The notes: a model not told the origin generated them from the letters alone. A stretch of 64,000 nucleotides of DNA from Thermodesulfobacteriota bacterium (GCA_965205855.1 OZ242184.1:64001-128000), one strand, 5' to 3'. Counted from the stretch's first letter, positions 1 through 10,598 are shown. A program made the numbers and translations.

Positions 1-377
1 GCCGCCGTAGTGACTATCGGATAAACAACAAAACCGTGCGCGCCGTATACAGCCTCATCGCCCGGTCCGAGAAAAGCCTTCGCAATAAGGTCCAGAACCT
101 CGTTGGAACCGTTGCCGACAACCAGATTTTCCGGCATGACGCCGAGATTTTCTGAAAGCGCCTCCTTGAGCGCGCCGCAACCTCCGTCGGGATAGAGATG
201 TATTTGAGAACCGAAGGACTTCAAAGCTTCAACCGCCATCGGCGAAGGGCCGAAAGGGTTTTCATTGGAAGCCATTTTGACCGCACCTTTTATGCCAATC
301 TCTTTCTCAATCTGCTCCGAAGTTTTTCCCGGCACATAGACGGGAAGATTTTTTATGTTTTCTTTCGGGGTAATCAT
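1..377 (-). CDS. hisC: Histidinol-phosphate aminotransferase, 5' part (runs off window; not in ORF track)
   Basis: Manual translation MITPKENIKNLPVYVPGK...KMASNENPFGPS...YPDGG...VGNGSNEVL; its ATG overlaps the pheA TGA. Confidence 0.9.
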   Translation of the reverse strand, partial: MITPKENIKNLPVYVPGKTSEQIEKEIGIKGAVKMASNENPFGPSPMAVEALKSFGSQIHLYPDGGCGALKEALSENLGVMPENLVVGNGSNEVLDLIAKAFLGPGDEAVYGAHGFVVYPIVTTA

Positions 378-1510
378 CAAGGGCTCGTTTGTGTTTTTTT
401 ACCGGAAAAATAACATCCGAGAGTTTTGAAAGACGAGCTTTTGCTCTCAATTTTCTCCAGAAGAGCATCGGTTTTCCGCTGCCCGGGGCTTCCTTCAAAA
501 TCCACAAAAAAGATGTACTCCCAAGGCCTTTTGCCCGAGGGTCTTGACTCAATTCTGGTAAGGTTGACCCCGGCCGAAGCAAGCGGAGAGAACAGGGTTT
601 TTTGCAAAGCCCCCGGCTCGTCTTTTGTTGAAAAAATTATGGATACCTTGTTTCCCTCTCCCATTTCCCGGGAAGCGGAGGATTTTTCCACCGTCACAAA
701 ACGTGTGGCGTTGAGCGGGTTGTCTTCTATATTTTCCGCAACGACGCGCAGTTTGTATATGGAGGCGGAATAAGTGCTTGAAACCGCGGCCGTATATCCG
801 TCCGTCGCGGCAATGGCGGCTGCGGCCGCGGTGCTTGGGGTTTCCACTAGTTTCGCACCCGGCAGGTTTGTCAAAAGCCACTTTCTGCACTGACCGAGGG
901 CTTGCGGGTGAGAGGCAACATTTCTGATGCTTCTCAGGTTTGCGGTTTTGGACACAAGAAAATGGCTTATGTTCTCAAAATACTCCCCCACTATTCTGAC
1001 TTCACTTTCGGCTATTATTTCAAGAACCCTCGCAACGGAGCCCTCCGTGGAATTCTCTATTGGCACAAAGCCCTTTGAAACAGACCCCGCCAAAACCCTG
1101 TCGAAAACATCCTCAAGGGTCTTGCAGACTATAAGCTCATTGGGCACGCGAAAGACCTTTGACGCCGCCTGATGGGAAAAACTTCCCTCGGGGCCAAGGT
1201 ATGAGACCCTTCCCCGGGACTGAAGATTCCTGCAGGAGTGTATTATCTCCCTGAAAATGGAAAGCGCCGCAAAATCGTCCAGAGGCCCTTTGTTGAGGCG
1301 GACTATTTTTTTCTCTATCTCTTTTTCCCTCTCCGGATCGTAAACGCCTTTTGACATCTCTTTCTTCACATCCATTATTCCAACGGCAAGCGAAGCTCTT
1401 TTGTTTACTGACTTCAGTATTCCTTTGTCAATCGCGTCTATCTCAGCCCTCAGAGCCGAAAGGGTCGCGGAACGTTGTTTTTTTGAAGGTTTCTTTGCCA
1501 TCTTTCTCAT
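377..1510 (-). CDS. pheA: Chorismate mutase/prephenate dehydratase (P-protein)
   Basis: LRAEIDAID chorismate mutase domain, YLGPEGSFS, PIENSTEG, SHPQALGQC, ACT domain IESRPS. Confidence 0.95.
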   Translation of the reverse strand: MRKMAKKPSKKQRSATLSALRAEIDAIDKGILKSVNKRASLAVGIMDVKKEMSKGVYDPEREKEIEKKIVRLNKGPLDDFAALSIFREIIHSCRNLQSRGRVSYLGPEGSFSHQAASKVFRVPNELIVCKTLEDVFDRVLAGSVSKGFVPIENSTEGSVARVLEIIAESEVRIVGEYFENISHFLVSKTANLRSIRNVASHPQALGQCRKWLLTNLPGAKLVETPSTAAAAAIAATDGYTAAVSSTYSASIYKLRVVAENIEDNPLNATRFVTVEKSSASREMGEGNKVSIIFSTKDEPGALQKTLFSPLASAGVNLTRIESRPSGKRPWEYIFFVDFEGSPGQRKTDALLEKIESKSSSFKTLGCYFSGKKTQTSP

Positions 1511-1560
1511 CGGGAACCGTGCAAGTCGGTTTTTTCTTATAAATCAGCGGTTTTACAAAG

Positions 1561-2325
1561 TCAAATTACCGTTCTGAAAACCGTGAGCACTTTTACCTCG
1601 CGAGCTCCGGCGCAAAGAAGCGCCTCCGCACACTCGTTGACCGTTGAGCCGGTGGTAAAAACATCGTCAAAGAGCATTACTCTTTTATTTTTTAGGTTTT
1701 TCCTTTCCGAACCCCTGGTTGAAAAGGCCCCACGCACGTTTTTTCTCCTTTCGTTTATCCCAGAAAAAGAAGCCTGTGGAGTCGTGTTTAAAACTCTTTC
1801 AAGGGCAAAAGGCACATGTGGTTTTTTCATTGAAAGGGCGAGTTTTGAAGAAACAAGAGCCGACTGGTTGAACTCCCTCTGCCTGAGCCTTGCAGGATGA
1901 AGAGGAACTGGCACAACAACGTCAAAACCTCCAAAATCCGCCGGAAAAAAATCCAAGACCAACATAGATAGAAAACCGCCCAACTGAAATTGGCCGGCGT
2001 ATTTCAGAAGCTTCACCGAGTCGGCTGCGGGTCCGGCAAAGGCAACAACCGAACGAGCAAGGGAAAAAATGTGTTTTCCACCAATACAGGAGCCGCAAAC
2101 AGAACCCGTAGTGTTTGCGGCAAGAACATTTCCGCAGCATTTGCATATCTCCTCGGCTGAAAGAAAAATAAACCCTCTTTCGCACCCGACGCACAAATTG
2201 CCTTTGATGAATTTTTCTTCCCGCACACGGGATGTCAAAAACAGACCACAGACAGAACACCTGCGCGGGAAAAGAGATTCAAGTAGCCCTTCCGTCATAC
2301 GGTGAAAAATTTCCAAGGTTGTCAT
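1561..2325 (-). CDS. comF: ComF family protein (Zn ribbon plus PRTase-like domain)
   Basis: CxxC pairs, VPVPLH..R..REFNQS, FDDVFTTGST; start placed at ATG 2325, overlapping the dnaN TGA. Confidence 0.9.
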   Translation of the reverse strand: MTTLEIFHRMTEGLLESLFPRRCSVCGLFLTSRVREEKFIKGNLCVGCERGFIFLSAEEICKCCGNVLAANTTGSVCGSCIGGKHIFSLARSVVAFAGPAADSVKLLKYAGQFQLGGFLSMLVLDFFPADFGGFDVVVPVPLHPARLRQREFNQSALVSSKLALSMKKPHVPFALERVLNTTPQASFSGINERRKNVRGAFSTRGSERKNLKNKRVMLFDDVFTTGSTVNECAEALLCAGAREVKVLTVFRTVI

Positions 2326-3458
2326 GGAAGAAGCGGCATCAATACGCAAAAGAAGTCTTCGTTGTCAACCATTTTCATAACGGCGGGTTTTTTGCCGTCC
2401 CCGACTCGAAACTCAATATCGGCGCCATCGAGAAAGTTAAGGGAGTCAACAATGAACTCAGGGTTAAAAGACGCTTTTGCCTCATCAACGGCGGAATTCA
2501 GGGCGATTGTCTCGATTCCCTCTCCATACTCTGTTTGGCCACTCGTAAAAGACAGGGTTAACCCCTCTGCTTTAACATCAACTCTTTTTGAGTCATGAGA
2601 GAAAACACTGACTCTCCTCACTGTACCAAGCATCTTGTTTCTGTCGGTCACGGCAGGATTTAAATCAAGTGAGGATATGTCGGGCACGGCTCTTGTGTAT
2701 TCAGGAAAAGGAATATCAACGGGAGTGGAAATAACGGTCGTGTCTCCGGATTTGAAAAAAGCCTTTTCCTTGTCGAAAGACACATGGACATTGCCGTCCT
2801 GGTCTTCTTTTTCCTTCTCGGAAGACTTGACTATCTTTGCCAGCTCCGCAACTGCCTTTCTGGACAGAACAACTTTCTCAAAATCGGGCTTTTCTCCAAC
2901 ATCTCTCTGAAAATAAGCAAGCCTGCGGCTGTCTGTCGCCACAAGTCTGATTTTTCCGTCCATCGGCTCAAAAAGGACACCGTTGAGGTTGCGCATTGAT
3001 ATTTCCTTTGAAGAGAAGTTCAAAAGGGACGGTATTGTATTTGAAATGCTTGAAGCCGGGATATTGAACTGCCGATTTGAGGAGGAAAATGAAACATTTG
3101 GGAACTCGCTACCGGGGATATAAGGAAACTTGAATTTGGCAGAAGGTATGACAACTTCCATCCAGTTGTTTTTGTGTACTTTGATTGTTACCTCGTCGGT
3201 GTCTATGTTTCTTATTGTTTCCATAAAAATCTGCGCTGGAACTAGAATGTCAAAATCGGCTTTAGGGCAGTCTTCTGACCTGAAGAAACTTACAATGGTG
3301 GACTCAAGATCTGTCGCGGCGATAAAAGCCTCTTTTTTCTTCAAAGACCCTCTTATAAGAATATTTTTGAGGATATCGTTCGGAGAATTTGACTCCGTAA
3401 GTCCTATGACCAAAGACAATTTTTCCAGGAGAGGTTGTCTCTTTACTTTTATGTCCAT
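2322..3458 (-). CDS. dnaN: DNA polymerase III beta sliding clamp
   Basis: ATDLE, VATDSRRLA, FPEY, C-terminal VLMP; downstream of dnaA. Confidence 0.95.
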   Translation of the reverse strand: MDIKVKRQPLLEKLSLVIGLTESNSPNDILKNILIRGSLKKKEAFIAATDLESTIVSFFRSEDCPKADFDILVPAQIFMETIRNIDTDEVTIKVHKNNWMEVVIPSAKFKFPYIPGSEFPNVSFSSSNRQFNIPASSISNTIPSLLNFSSKEISMRNLNGVLFEPMDGKIRLVATDSRRLAYFQRDVGEKPDFEKVVLSRKAVAELAKIVKSSEKEKEDQDGNVHVSFDKEKAFFKSGDTTVISTPVDIPFPEYTRAVPDISSLDLNPAVTDRNKMLGTVRRVSVFSHDSKRVDVKAEGLTLSFTSGQTEYGEGIETIALNSAVDEAKASFNPEFIVDSLNFLDGADIEFRVGDGKKPAVMKMVDNEDFFCVLMPLLP

Positions 3459-3479
3459 AAGTTTTCCACCTTTTTACCG

Positions 3480-3720
3480 GGGATCTGCTACTTTTTCTAT
3501 TATATATTTATATTTAATATAAACAACAGTGGTAGTAAGGGGATGTTGAATTGTTTAAAAATAGGAAACTTCCTTAAATACAAAGGGGTTTTTATTTTTT
3601 TCTCTGTTTAAAACTTGTTCAAAGTCTGTGGAATTATTCTGAATAACTTCCCGTTATTTGGGGAAGAAAATCCTCTGGAAAAACTTTTCCACATTTTTCC
3701 ACAATCTTTCCCCAAAAAAA
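3480..3720. other. Replication origin oriC
   Basis: dnaA-dnaN intergenic; AT-rich DUE about 3491-3522; trio-like tract plus GGGG at 3523-3542; DnaA-box-like TGTGGAATT 3627-3635 and TTTTCCACA 3685-3693 and 3695-3703, plus weaker boxes. Confidence 0.85.
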
Positions 3721-3727
3721 ATGAGAT

Positions 3728-5125
3728 TTAAGCTCTCATTCTGTCCTCAATTTCTTTTATGGCGCTCACTGTCACATTATCTTCCATTGAGATGTTTTTC
3801 TCTATCTTGGAAACGGCATACATAACGGTTGAGTGGTCTCTATTGCCGAAAACCTCGCCGATTGAAATATATGGCATATGAAGGTGTTTCTTGATGAGAA
3901 ACATAGCTATCTGTCTTGGAAATGTGATTGTTCGTGTTCTCTTTTGTGATTCAATTTGGCCTTTTGTCAAATTGAAAACGGTTTCAACGGTGGCTTTGAT
4001 TATCTCTATGGAGATATCCTCTTTTCTATTTCCCCCATCTGCCCTTGATTTGGACATATAGATTATGTCTTCCCGATCGTCAATAACCTGATGAGCGGTT
4101 CTTATGTCTATCGGTTTTCCCCATACTTCGGCGAGAATCACAAGTTTTGTGAGAACTCCCTCAAGTTCCCTGACGTTTTTGTGCACTTTTTCGGATATAA
4201 ACTCCACAACTCCTTCGGGTATTTCCACATTTCTTTCCTTGGCTTTTTTTGTTAAAATAGCGGTTCTTGTCTCTATGTCTGGCGGTCTTATGTCAGCTAT
4301 CAGACCCCACATAAACCTTGATGTTATTCTTTCCTCGAAATTTTCCATTTCCTCTGGCACTTTGTCGCTTGTAACGACTATCTGTTTTCCCGAGTCGTAG
4401 AGCGCATTGAAAGTGTGGAAGAACTCTTCAAGGGTGCTTCTTTTGCCTTCTATGAACTGAATGTCGTCAATCATAAGAAGGTCGCAACTACTCCTCAGTT
4501 TTTTGCGCATCAGCGCTGTGTTTCTGTTTCTTATGTGCTCAACGACAAGGTTTGTGAAATCTTCGGAAGAAATGCAGCAGATTTTAAGGTTCGGATGCCT
4601 TTTTAAGAATTCGTTTCCAATCGCGTTCATAAGGTGGGTTTTTCCTAGCCCGGAAGCGCCCCTTACAAAAAGCGGGTTGTGCTGTCCCGGATTCTTGACG
4701 CAACCGAGAGCCGCAGCGTTTGCAAAGTTGTTGCTTTCACCTACGACAAAACTGTCAAATGTGTACTTTGAGTTCAAATACCCGAGAAAGACATCCTTTG
4801 TCATGTTTTTTTCGAGTTCGGAAACAACCCCGTCGGACGCATTTCCCCCCCTGGAGGGATTTTTGACTTCAACCTGTTTTATGTTGTGGTATCTCTCAAA
4901 ATAGCGGGATATTTCAAACATTGAATTGCCGAGATTACCCTTCAGGAAATGAACACCCAGCTCGTCCCTGGGGCATATCTCAACAATGCTCTCTTTTTCA
5001 TCAATCCTTGCAATGCTTGATTTAGAAAGCAGGTCAAACATCTCGGTCGACATCTCGTCGCCCTGACTGATGTTTGCCAGAAACATATCCCACACCTTTT
5101 TTAGGCTTTCTTGTTCTTTTTCCAT
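3728..5125 (-). CDS. dnaA: Chromosomal replication initiator DnaA
   Basis: YTFDSFVVG, GASGLGKTHL, IDDIQF, NVRELEG, RDHSTVMYA; start chosen at ATG 5125 (ORF open to 5182). Confidence 0.97.
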   Translation of the reverse strand: MEKEQESLKKVWDMFLANISQGDEMSTEMFDLLSKSSIARIDEKESIVEICPRDELGVHFLKGNLGNSMFEISRYFERYHNIKQVEVKNPSRGGNASDGVVSELEKNMTKDVFLGYLNSKYTFDSFVVGESNNFANAAALGCVKNPGQHNPLFVRGASGLGKTHLMNAIGNEFLKRHPNLKICCISSEDFTNLVVEHIRNRNTALMRKKLRSSCDLLMIDDIQFIEGKRSTLEEFFHTFNALYDSGKQIVVTSDKVPEEMENFEERITSRFMWGLIADIRPPDIETRTAILTKKAKERNVEIPEGVVEFISEKVHKNVRELEGVLTKLVILAEVWGKPIDIRTAHQVIDDREDIIYMSKSRADGGNRKEDISIEIIKATVETVFNLTKGQIESQKRTRTITFPRQIAMFLIKKHLHMPYISIGEVFGNRDHSTVMYAVSKIEKNISMEDNVTVSAIKEIEDRMRA

Positions 5126-5276
5126 TCCGCCGTTATCAAGAGAGAAAGCCTTTATAGTTTTTCTGGAAAAAAAGGAAAACAACTCTCACTCGTACTCACC
5201 TGACTGAAGTCTAAACTGGAAAACAATTGTGTCAACCCCGCGTTTCCACGCCCCTGTTTTGTGTAAAGTAAACCCC

Positions 5277-6809
5277 ATGACTTCCAATATCCTTAGTTGC
5301 GCCGTGCTTGGAGTTGACGGCTATGTGGTGGAGGTTGAGGTGGACATGAGTCCCGGCCTGCCTGTTTTCACGACTGTAGGTCTGCCGGAGGGAGCCGTCA
5401 GGGAAAGTAAGGAAAGAGTCCGCTCCGCGATTAAAAACAGTGGCTACAAAATTCCACCCAAGAGAATCACCGTCAATCTTGCGCCCGCAAACATAAGAAA
5501 AGAAGGGTCTTCATTTGACCTTCCAATATCGGTGGGGATGCTCGTTGCGTCCGGTTGCATATCCGGCGGCGCGAACATAAAAGACTTTCTCATACTGGGC
5601 GAGCTTTCCCTTGACGGCAGGGTGAAAAAAATAGGCGGGGTTCTGCCCATGGCTGTTTGCGCAAAAGAAAAGGGCCTGAAGGGCGTGGTGGTTCCGAAAC
5701 AGAACGCTGGGGAGGCCGCCCTTGTCTCCGGTATTGAGGTCGTCGCGGTTGAGACTCTTGCGCAGCTTGTTGAGCATATTGAGGGACTGAAACGTATAGA
5801 GTCTGAAAAGTTTGACGCGGAGAAATTTTTCACGTCAAAGCCCGTTTACGGGTCGGACTTTGCGGATGTCAAAGGACAGCATCAAGCAAAACGCGCGGTT
5901 GAGATTGCCGCAAGCGGCGGACACAACGTTCTCATGGTGGGCCCTCCCGGTTCCGGCAAAACCCTTCTTGCCAAGAGGATACCGACCATACTTCCCGACA
6001 TGAATTTTGACGAAGCAATGGAAACTTCAAAAATATATTCCGTGTCCGGTTTTCTTAAGGAGGGATGCCCGTTTGTAATGGAACGCCCCTTCAGGTCTCC
6101 CCACCATACCGTGAGCGATGGCGGACTCATCGGCGGCGGTTCCGTGCCACGCCCCGGTGAGATCAGCCTTGCTCATAACGGGGTTTTGTTTCTTGACGAA
6201 ATGCCGGAATTTAAAAAAACTGTGATAGAAGCGTTACGCCAGCCTCTTGAGGACGGCGAGGTTGTCATATCAAGGGCCGCCACAACCCTTACTTATCCGG
6301 CAAAATTTATGCTTGTCGGCGCCATGAATCCGTGCCGGTGCGGCTTCCTCGGAGACAGTGTGAAAACCTGCACTTGCCGCCCGGACCAGATTAAAAAATA
6401 CCGCGACAGAATATCCGGCCCTGTTCTGGACAGATTTGACATCAACATAGAGGTTCCGTCTCTCAATTACAGCGAGCTTTCGGATGAAAGGCGCGGCGAG
6501 AGTTCAAGCGAAATCAAGGCGCGGGTAAACCGGGCAAAGGGTATTCAGAATGAGCGGTTCGGGGGTACGGGTATATTTTCCAATTCACAAATGCCGCCCG
6601 AGATGCTGAAAAAATTCGCGCCGCTTTGCGATTCGTCAAAGAAATTGCTTGAGACCGCGGTAGAGAAGCTTGGGCTTTCCGCAAGGGCCTACGATAGGAT
6701 AATAAAGGTTTCCAGAACAATAGCCGACCTTTCCGGCTCCGCCGATATTCTGCCGGAGCACATTGCCGAAGCGGTTCAATACAGACGCCTTGACGTCTAT
6801 TTTCAGTAA
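5277..6809 (+). CDS. comM: YifB/ComM Mg-chelatase-like AAA+ helicase
   Basis: VGLPEGAVRES, GPPGSGKT, PFRSPHH, PGEISLAHNGVLFLDE, LSARAYDR. Confidence 0.93.
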   Translation: MTSNILSCAVLGVDGYVVEVEVDMSPGLPVFTTVGLPEGAVRESKERVRSAIKNSGYKIPPKRITVNLAPANIRKEGSSFDLPISVGMLVASGCISGGANIKDFLILGELSLDGRVKKIGGVLPMAVCAKEKGLKGVVVPKQNAGEAALVSGIEVVAVETLAQLVEHIEGLKRIESEKFDAEKFFTSKPVYGSDFADVKGQHQAKRAVEIAASGGHNVLMVGPPGSGKTLLAKRIPTILPDMNFDEAMETSKIYSVSGFLKEGCPFVMERPFRSPHHTVSDGGLIGGGSVPRPGEISLAHNGVLFLDEMPEFKKTVIEALRQPLEDGEVVISRAATTLTYPAKFMLVGAMNPCRCGFLGDSVKTCTCRPDQIKKYRDRISGPVLDRFDINIEVPSLNYSELSDERRGESSSEIKARVNRAKGIQNERFGGTGIFSNSQMPPEMLKKFAPLCDSSKKLLETAVEKLGLSARAYDRIIKVSRTIADLSGSADILPEHIAEAVQYRRLDVYFQ

Positions 6810-6818
6810 GCATCCGCA

Positions 6819-6848
6819 TTGACAAAGCGCATGCGGTTTGCATACAAT
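6819..6848 (+). promoter_or_regulatory. Sigma70-type promoter for thiL operon
   Basis: TTGACA-18 bp-TACAAT. Confidence 0.6.
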
Positions 6849-6860
6849 TTTTCCCAAGAG

Positions 6861-7916
6861 ATGAGCGAAGACACAGATCCTTCCGACGATACTGATTTTT
6901 TATACAAAGCCCCGCTGGCAGACGAGGCGTTTGTCATTGCCGAGGCAATTGACAGATTTGGTTCCGGTGGCGGTCGCGAAATTGTGGTTGGTCCCGGAGA
7001 CGATGCCGCTGTGCTTGATTTTGGCGGTCCCGAGTTTCTTGTGGACAGTTGCGACTGCATGGTGGAGGGAGTCCATTTCAGAAAGGAGTGGTTGAAACAC
7101 CATGAATTCGGTGCCCGTGCCGTTGGAGCCAAAGCGGTTCTCTGCGCCGCAAGCGACATAGCGGCGATGGGAGCGGCTCCAAAAACCGTTCTTGTAAGTG
7201 CGGGGCTTCCGCCACAAACTCGCGCCGCTGTGGTTGTGTCTCTTCTGGACGGAGTCGCCCGGGGGTGTGAAACGGTCGGTGCTGTTGTTGCCGGGGGCAA
7301 CACTTCCTCCTCGCCTGCAATGTTTGTTGATGTGAAAATAACCGGCGAGACCGCGGGACGCGGTTTTGTTCGCAACAGCGGAGCGGAGGAAGGCGATGGG
7401 ATCTTTGTTACGGGACAGATTGGTTGCGCGGCGGCGGGTCTTGTGATTTTTGAAAAAATGTTTGAATCAGGCGCGCGTGCGCCTGATTCCCGTGCGCGTG
7501 AAATGGTTGAAAAATTTCATTTCCCCCATCCGCGAATACGGGTGGGTCTAGCTCTGGTGGGAGTAGCCACGGCAATGGCGGATTTGAGTGACGGGCTTCT
7601 TTCCGACTTGAGGTGCATAACCTCTTCGTCGGGAGTCGGGGCCGAGGTGTTTTTTGAAAACCTTCCTGTCTCTCCCGGTTTTGCTGGCGGTCCCGCCTCC
7701 GCACTTACCGCAGGCGGAGACTACGAACTTGTCTTTACAGCTCCCGAACGGTGCGCGGAGAAAATAAGGGAGATTTCGAAAAAAACCGCAATGGAGATAA
7801 CAAACATAGGAAGAGTTACAAAAGGCGGCGAAGTAAGGTTGTTTGACAGCGGTCGCGAGGTTGAGACGGAACGGCTTGGAGCGGGCGGATTTGTTCATAA
7901 CAGTGGAAAGGCATGA
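6861..7916 (+). CDS. thiL: Thiamine-monophosphate kinase
   Basis: GPGDDAAV, VEGVHF, SDIAAMGA, DLSDGLLSDL, GGDYELVFT. Confidence 0.92.
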   Translation: MSEDTDPSDDTDFLYKAPLADEAFVIAEAIDRFGSGGGREIVVGPGDDAAVLDFGGPEFLVDSCDCMVEGVHFRKEWLKHHEFGARAVGAKAVLCAASDIAAMGAAPKTVLVSAGLPPQTRAAVVVSLLDGVARGCETVGAVVAGGNTSSSPAMFVDVKITGETAGRGFVRNSGAEEGDGIFVTGQIGCAAAGLVIFEKMFESGARAPDSRAREMVEKFHFPHPRIRVGLALVGVATAMADLSDGLLSDLRCITSSSGVGAEVFFENLPVSPGFAGGPASALTAGGDYELVFTAPERCAEKIREISKKTAMEITNIGRVTKGGEVRLFDSGREVETERLGAGGFVHNSGKA

Positions 7917-9268
7917 GTGATGTTTTTATAGGCACGGCATCCGCGCTTGTTTTCCTCGGTTTGTCCGCGTTTTTCTGTTTTGCCGAGGGTTCGCTTTTCT
8001 CTCTGGGAAGGCATCAGAGGGAAAGTGTAAAAAATGAGGGCGGAAGAAAAGCCGAAATTATAGACGAGCTTCTTAAAAAGCCCGGAGAACTCATCGTTAC
8101 AGTGCTTTTTGCGGACGAGGCCGTCAACATAGCCTATTCCGCAATGGTTGCGATAGCGGTCGCGAGCGTTATGGATTCCCACTCGTCCAAAGAGATTGCC
8201 GCCGTCTCTATTGTCATTGCGTCTCCGGCGCTTCTGGTGTTCGGTGAGACGGTTCCGAAAACTCTTGCCGTAAGGTTTCCCGTCGCGGTTGCGAAGGCGG
8301 TGGCCTTGCCGCTGAACCTTTTCCACAGGCTTATTACACCGGTTCGTTGGGTGATAATAAAGTTTTCAAACCTTTTCATTCACATGTATGAGAGCGATGA
8401 GGACCCGTATGGAGGGCTCACTCAGGAATTTAGCGATGAAGACATGGAAGTGCTCGTTATGATGGGCAGGGAAGAAGGGGTTGTCAATGATATTGAAAGC
8501 CATCTTACGGAAAGGCTTTTCCGCCTGCGCCACACATCGGCGCGACAGATAATGACTCCCAATGTGGAATGTACGATATTCAGCGACTCTCTTTCCCCGA
8601 AACAGATGCTTTATGAGGTAAAAAGGGCCGGGTATTCCAGAATACCGGTCTATTCGGGCGACAAAAACGACATCAGGGGCATACTATACAGCAAGGATAT
8701 GCTCCTCAATGTTCCCTCTGAACGGGCGCTGCTTGAGGATTTTCTTCACCCCCCCTACTTCATACCCGGAAGCAAAGACGCTTTTGATCTTCTTAAAGAG
8801 TTCCGCCGCCGTAGAATTCACATGGCACTTGTGGTTGATGAATACGGAAGGTTTGACGGGATTGTGACAATGGAAGACATACTTGAGGAAATTGTCGGCG
8901 AAATAGAGGACGAGAGAAGTGTCAGCAGGGACAACCCGGCTCCGAAATGGGAAGACAGCAAACTGATTTTGCCCGGAAGTTTCAGGGTTGAGGAATTCAA
9001 CAGCATGATGCTGTTTCCGCTTATCAAATTTGTGGGAGTTGAGAAATTCTCCGAGGCTCTTTGCGCATCGGCTGTTCCTTCACTCAAAAACGGTCATGGA
9101 ACAATAGCGGGTTTTGTTTTTGACAAGTTCGGCGCGCTACCCTCGGTCGGGCACACAATATCGCAGGGGAGTCTGTGTTTTACGGTAACAAAGGTGTCGG
9201 GAAAAAGAATCACCGAAGTAACGGTCCAGGCCCGTCCGGAGGCGGGGAAAAAAGAAAATGGGTCTTGA
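7913..9268 (+). CDS. CNNM/DUF21-CBS-CorC hemolysin-family Mg2+/Co2+ transport protein
   Basis: [46 protein letters not shown]. Confidence 0.9.
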   Translation: MSDVFIGTASALVFLGLSAFFCFAEGSLFSLGRHQRESVKNEGGRKAEIIDELLKKPGELIVTVLFADEAVNIAYSAMVAIAVASVMDSHSSKEIAAVSIVIASPALLVFGETVPKTLAVRFPVAVAKAVALPLNLFHRLITPVRWVIIKFSNLFIHMYESDEDPYGGLTQEFSDEDMEVLVMMGREEGVVNDIESHLTERLFRLRHTSARQIMTPNVECTIFSDSLSPKQMLYEVKRAGYSRIPVYSGDKNDIRGILYSKDMLLNVPSERALLEDFLHPPYFIPGSKDAFDLLKEFRRRRIHMALVVDEYGRFDGIVTMEDILEEIVGEIEDERSVSRDNPAPKWEDSKLILPGSFRVEEFNSMMLFPLIKFVGVEKFSEALCASAVPSLKNGHGTIAGFVFDKFGALPSVGHTISQGSLCFTVTKVSGKRITEVTVQARPEAGKKENGS

Positions 9269-10481
9269 AGCCATAGTTGCGGTGGTGTTTTTCTGCCTTT
9301 GTCTTCAGGCGTTTTTCGCCGGTTCGGAGATAGCGCTCATATCCTGCGACAAGATAAGAATGAAAACCCTTGCCGGCATGGGTTCGCGCGCGGCGAAGCT
9401 TGTGCTCAAATCCCACTCCGAGGTGGACAGATTCCTCAGCACAACTCTTGCCGGAATAAACCTTTCGCTTATAACTTCAACGATACTTTTAACCTTCTAC
9501 ATAGACAGCCGTTTCGGAGGGGGTGAGTATTACGCGGTGTTGATTCTGTCTCCCCTTGTTGTTGTCTTCGGGCAGGTTGTGCCAAAGTCCATCTTCCGGA
9601 GAAAAAGCGATTCCATGATACTGTGGGCCATATACCCGCTTTGGTTTTTAACAAGGCTGTTTTTCCCCCTCACATGGATAATAGGGTTTTTCACGCGCAC
9701 CGCGCTTCGCTTTGCCGGGCAGCGCGCCTCAATCACAAGAGAGGAAATTCTTGACGTCGTAAGGGCGCATGCTCTTAAAAGCACGGAATCCGGAAAAAGG
9801 CAGATGCTCAGAAGGGTGTTCTCCTTCTCCGGTGTTACGGTCGGAGAGGTTATGATACCGCTTTCTTCGGTCAATGCGCTTCGGGAGACCGCGACTGTTT
9901 ATGAGGCAACCGAACTTGTGAGAAGTTCGGGACATACAAGGATACCGGTTTACAAAGACAGGGTTGACAACATAACTGGCGTGTTGCACTCGTTTTTTCT
10001 GCTGTGCGGCTCGGAAAAAGGTTCACAAACCGCCGTTGGCGAATACTCTTCCCAGGCTTTCTATGTTCCCGAGAGCAAGCCGATAAATGAACTTCTGGAA
10101 GAGATGAAAGCCGGAACCTCAATGGCGATAGTTGTTGATGAATACGGCGGAGCGGTGGGAATAGTAACCCTTGAGGACATCCTTGAGGAGATAGTGGGCG
10201 AGATAGAGGATGAACACGATAAGGGAAAAACTTTGTGGACACGGACGGGAGCTTATGAATATATGGTTTTTCCGCATATAAGTTTGGAGCGTATAAATGA
10301 GGACATCGGCATCTCAATACCGGAAAGCGAAAACTACGAAACCCTTGGAGGTTTTTTGCTTGACCGCTTCGGCCGCATACCGTCCGAAGGTGAAACCATT
10401 GAGGCGACGGGTGCGATTTTCACCGTTGAGTCCGCTAGTTCCCGGCTAATCCAGAGGGTGAAAATTGTCAAGACGGGTTGA
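9258..10481 (+). CDS. CNNM/DUF21-CBS-CorC protein, second tandem paralog
   Basis: [50 protein letters not shown]. Confidence 0.9.
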   Translation: MGLEAIVAVVFFCLCLQAFFAGSEIALISCDKIRMKTLAGMGSRAAKLVLKSHSEVDRFLSTTLAGINLSLITSTILLTFYIDSRFGGGEYYAVLILSPLVVVFGQVVPKSIFRRKSDSMILWAIYPLWFLTRLFFPLTWIIGFFTRTALRFAGQRASITREEILDVVRAHALKSTESGKRQMLRRVFSFSGVTVGEVMIPLSSVNALRETATVYEATELVRSSGHTRIPVYKDRVDNITGVLHSFFLLCGSEKGSQTAVGEYSSQAFYVPESKPINELLEEMKAGTSMAIVVDEYGGAVGIVTLEDILEEIVGEIEDEHDKGKTLWTRTGAYEYMVFPHISLERINEDIGISIPESENYETLGGFLLDRFGRIPSEGETIEATGAIFTVESASSRLIQRVKIVKTG

Positions 10482-10506
10482 TATTGGAGATTTCCCGTAT
10501 CATAAT
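10478..10506 (+). promoter_or_regulatory. Promoter of tRNA-Ala
   Basis: TTGATA-17 bp-CATAAT. Confidence 0.6.
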
Positions 10507-10524
10507 TGCCTTGTTTTCAAATAA

Positions 10525-10598
10525 GGGGATGTAGCTCAGCCTGGGAGAGCGCTGCCTTCGCAAGGCAGAGGTCGGGGGTTCGATTCCCCTCATCTCCA
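10525..10598 (+). tRNA. tRNA-Ala(CGC); CCA end not encoded
   Basis: Acceptor GGGGATG/CATCTCC with G3:U70, anticodon arm CTGCC-TTCGCAA-GGCAG, T-loop GGTTCGATTCC. Confidence 0.96.
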
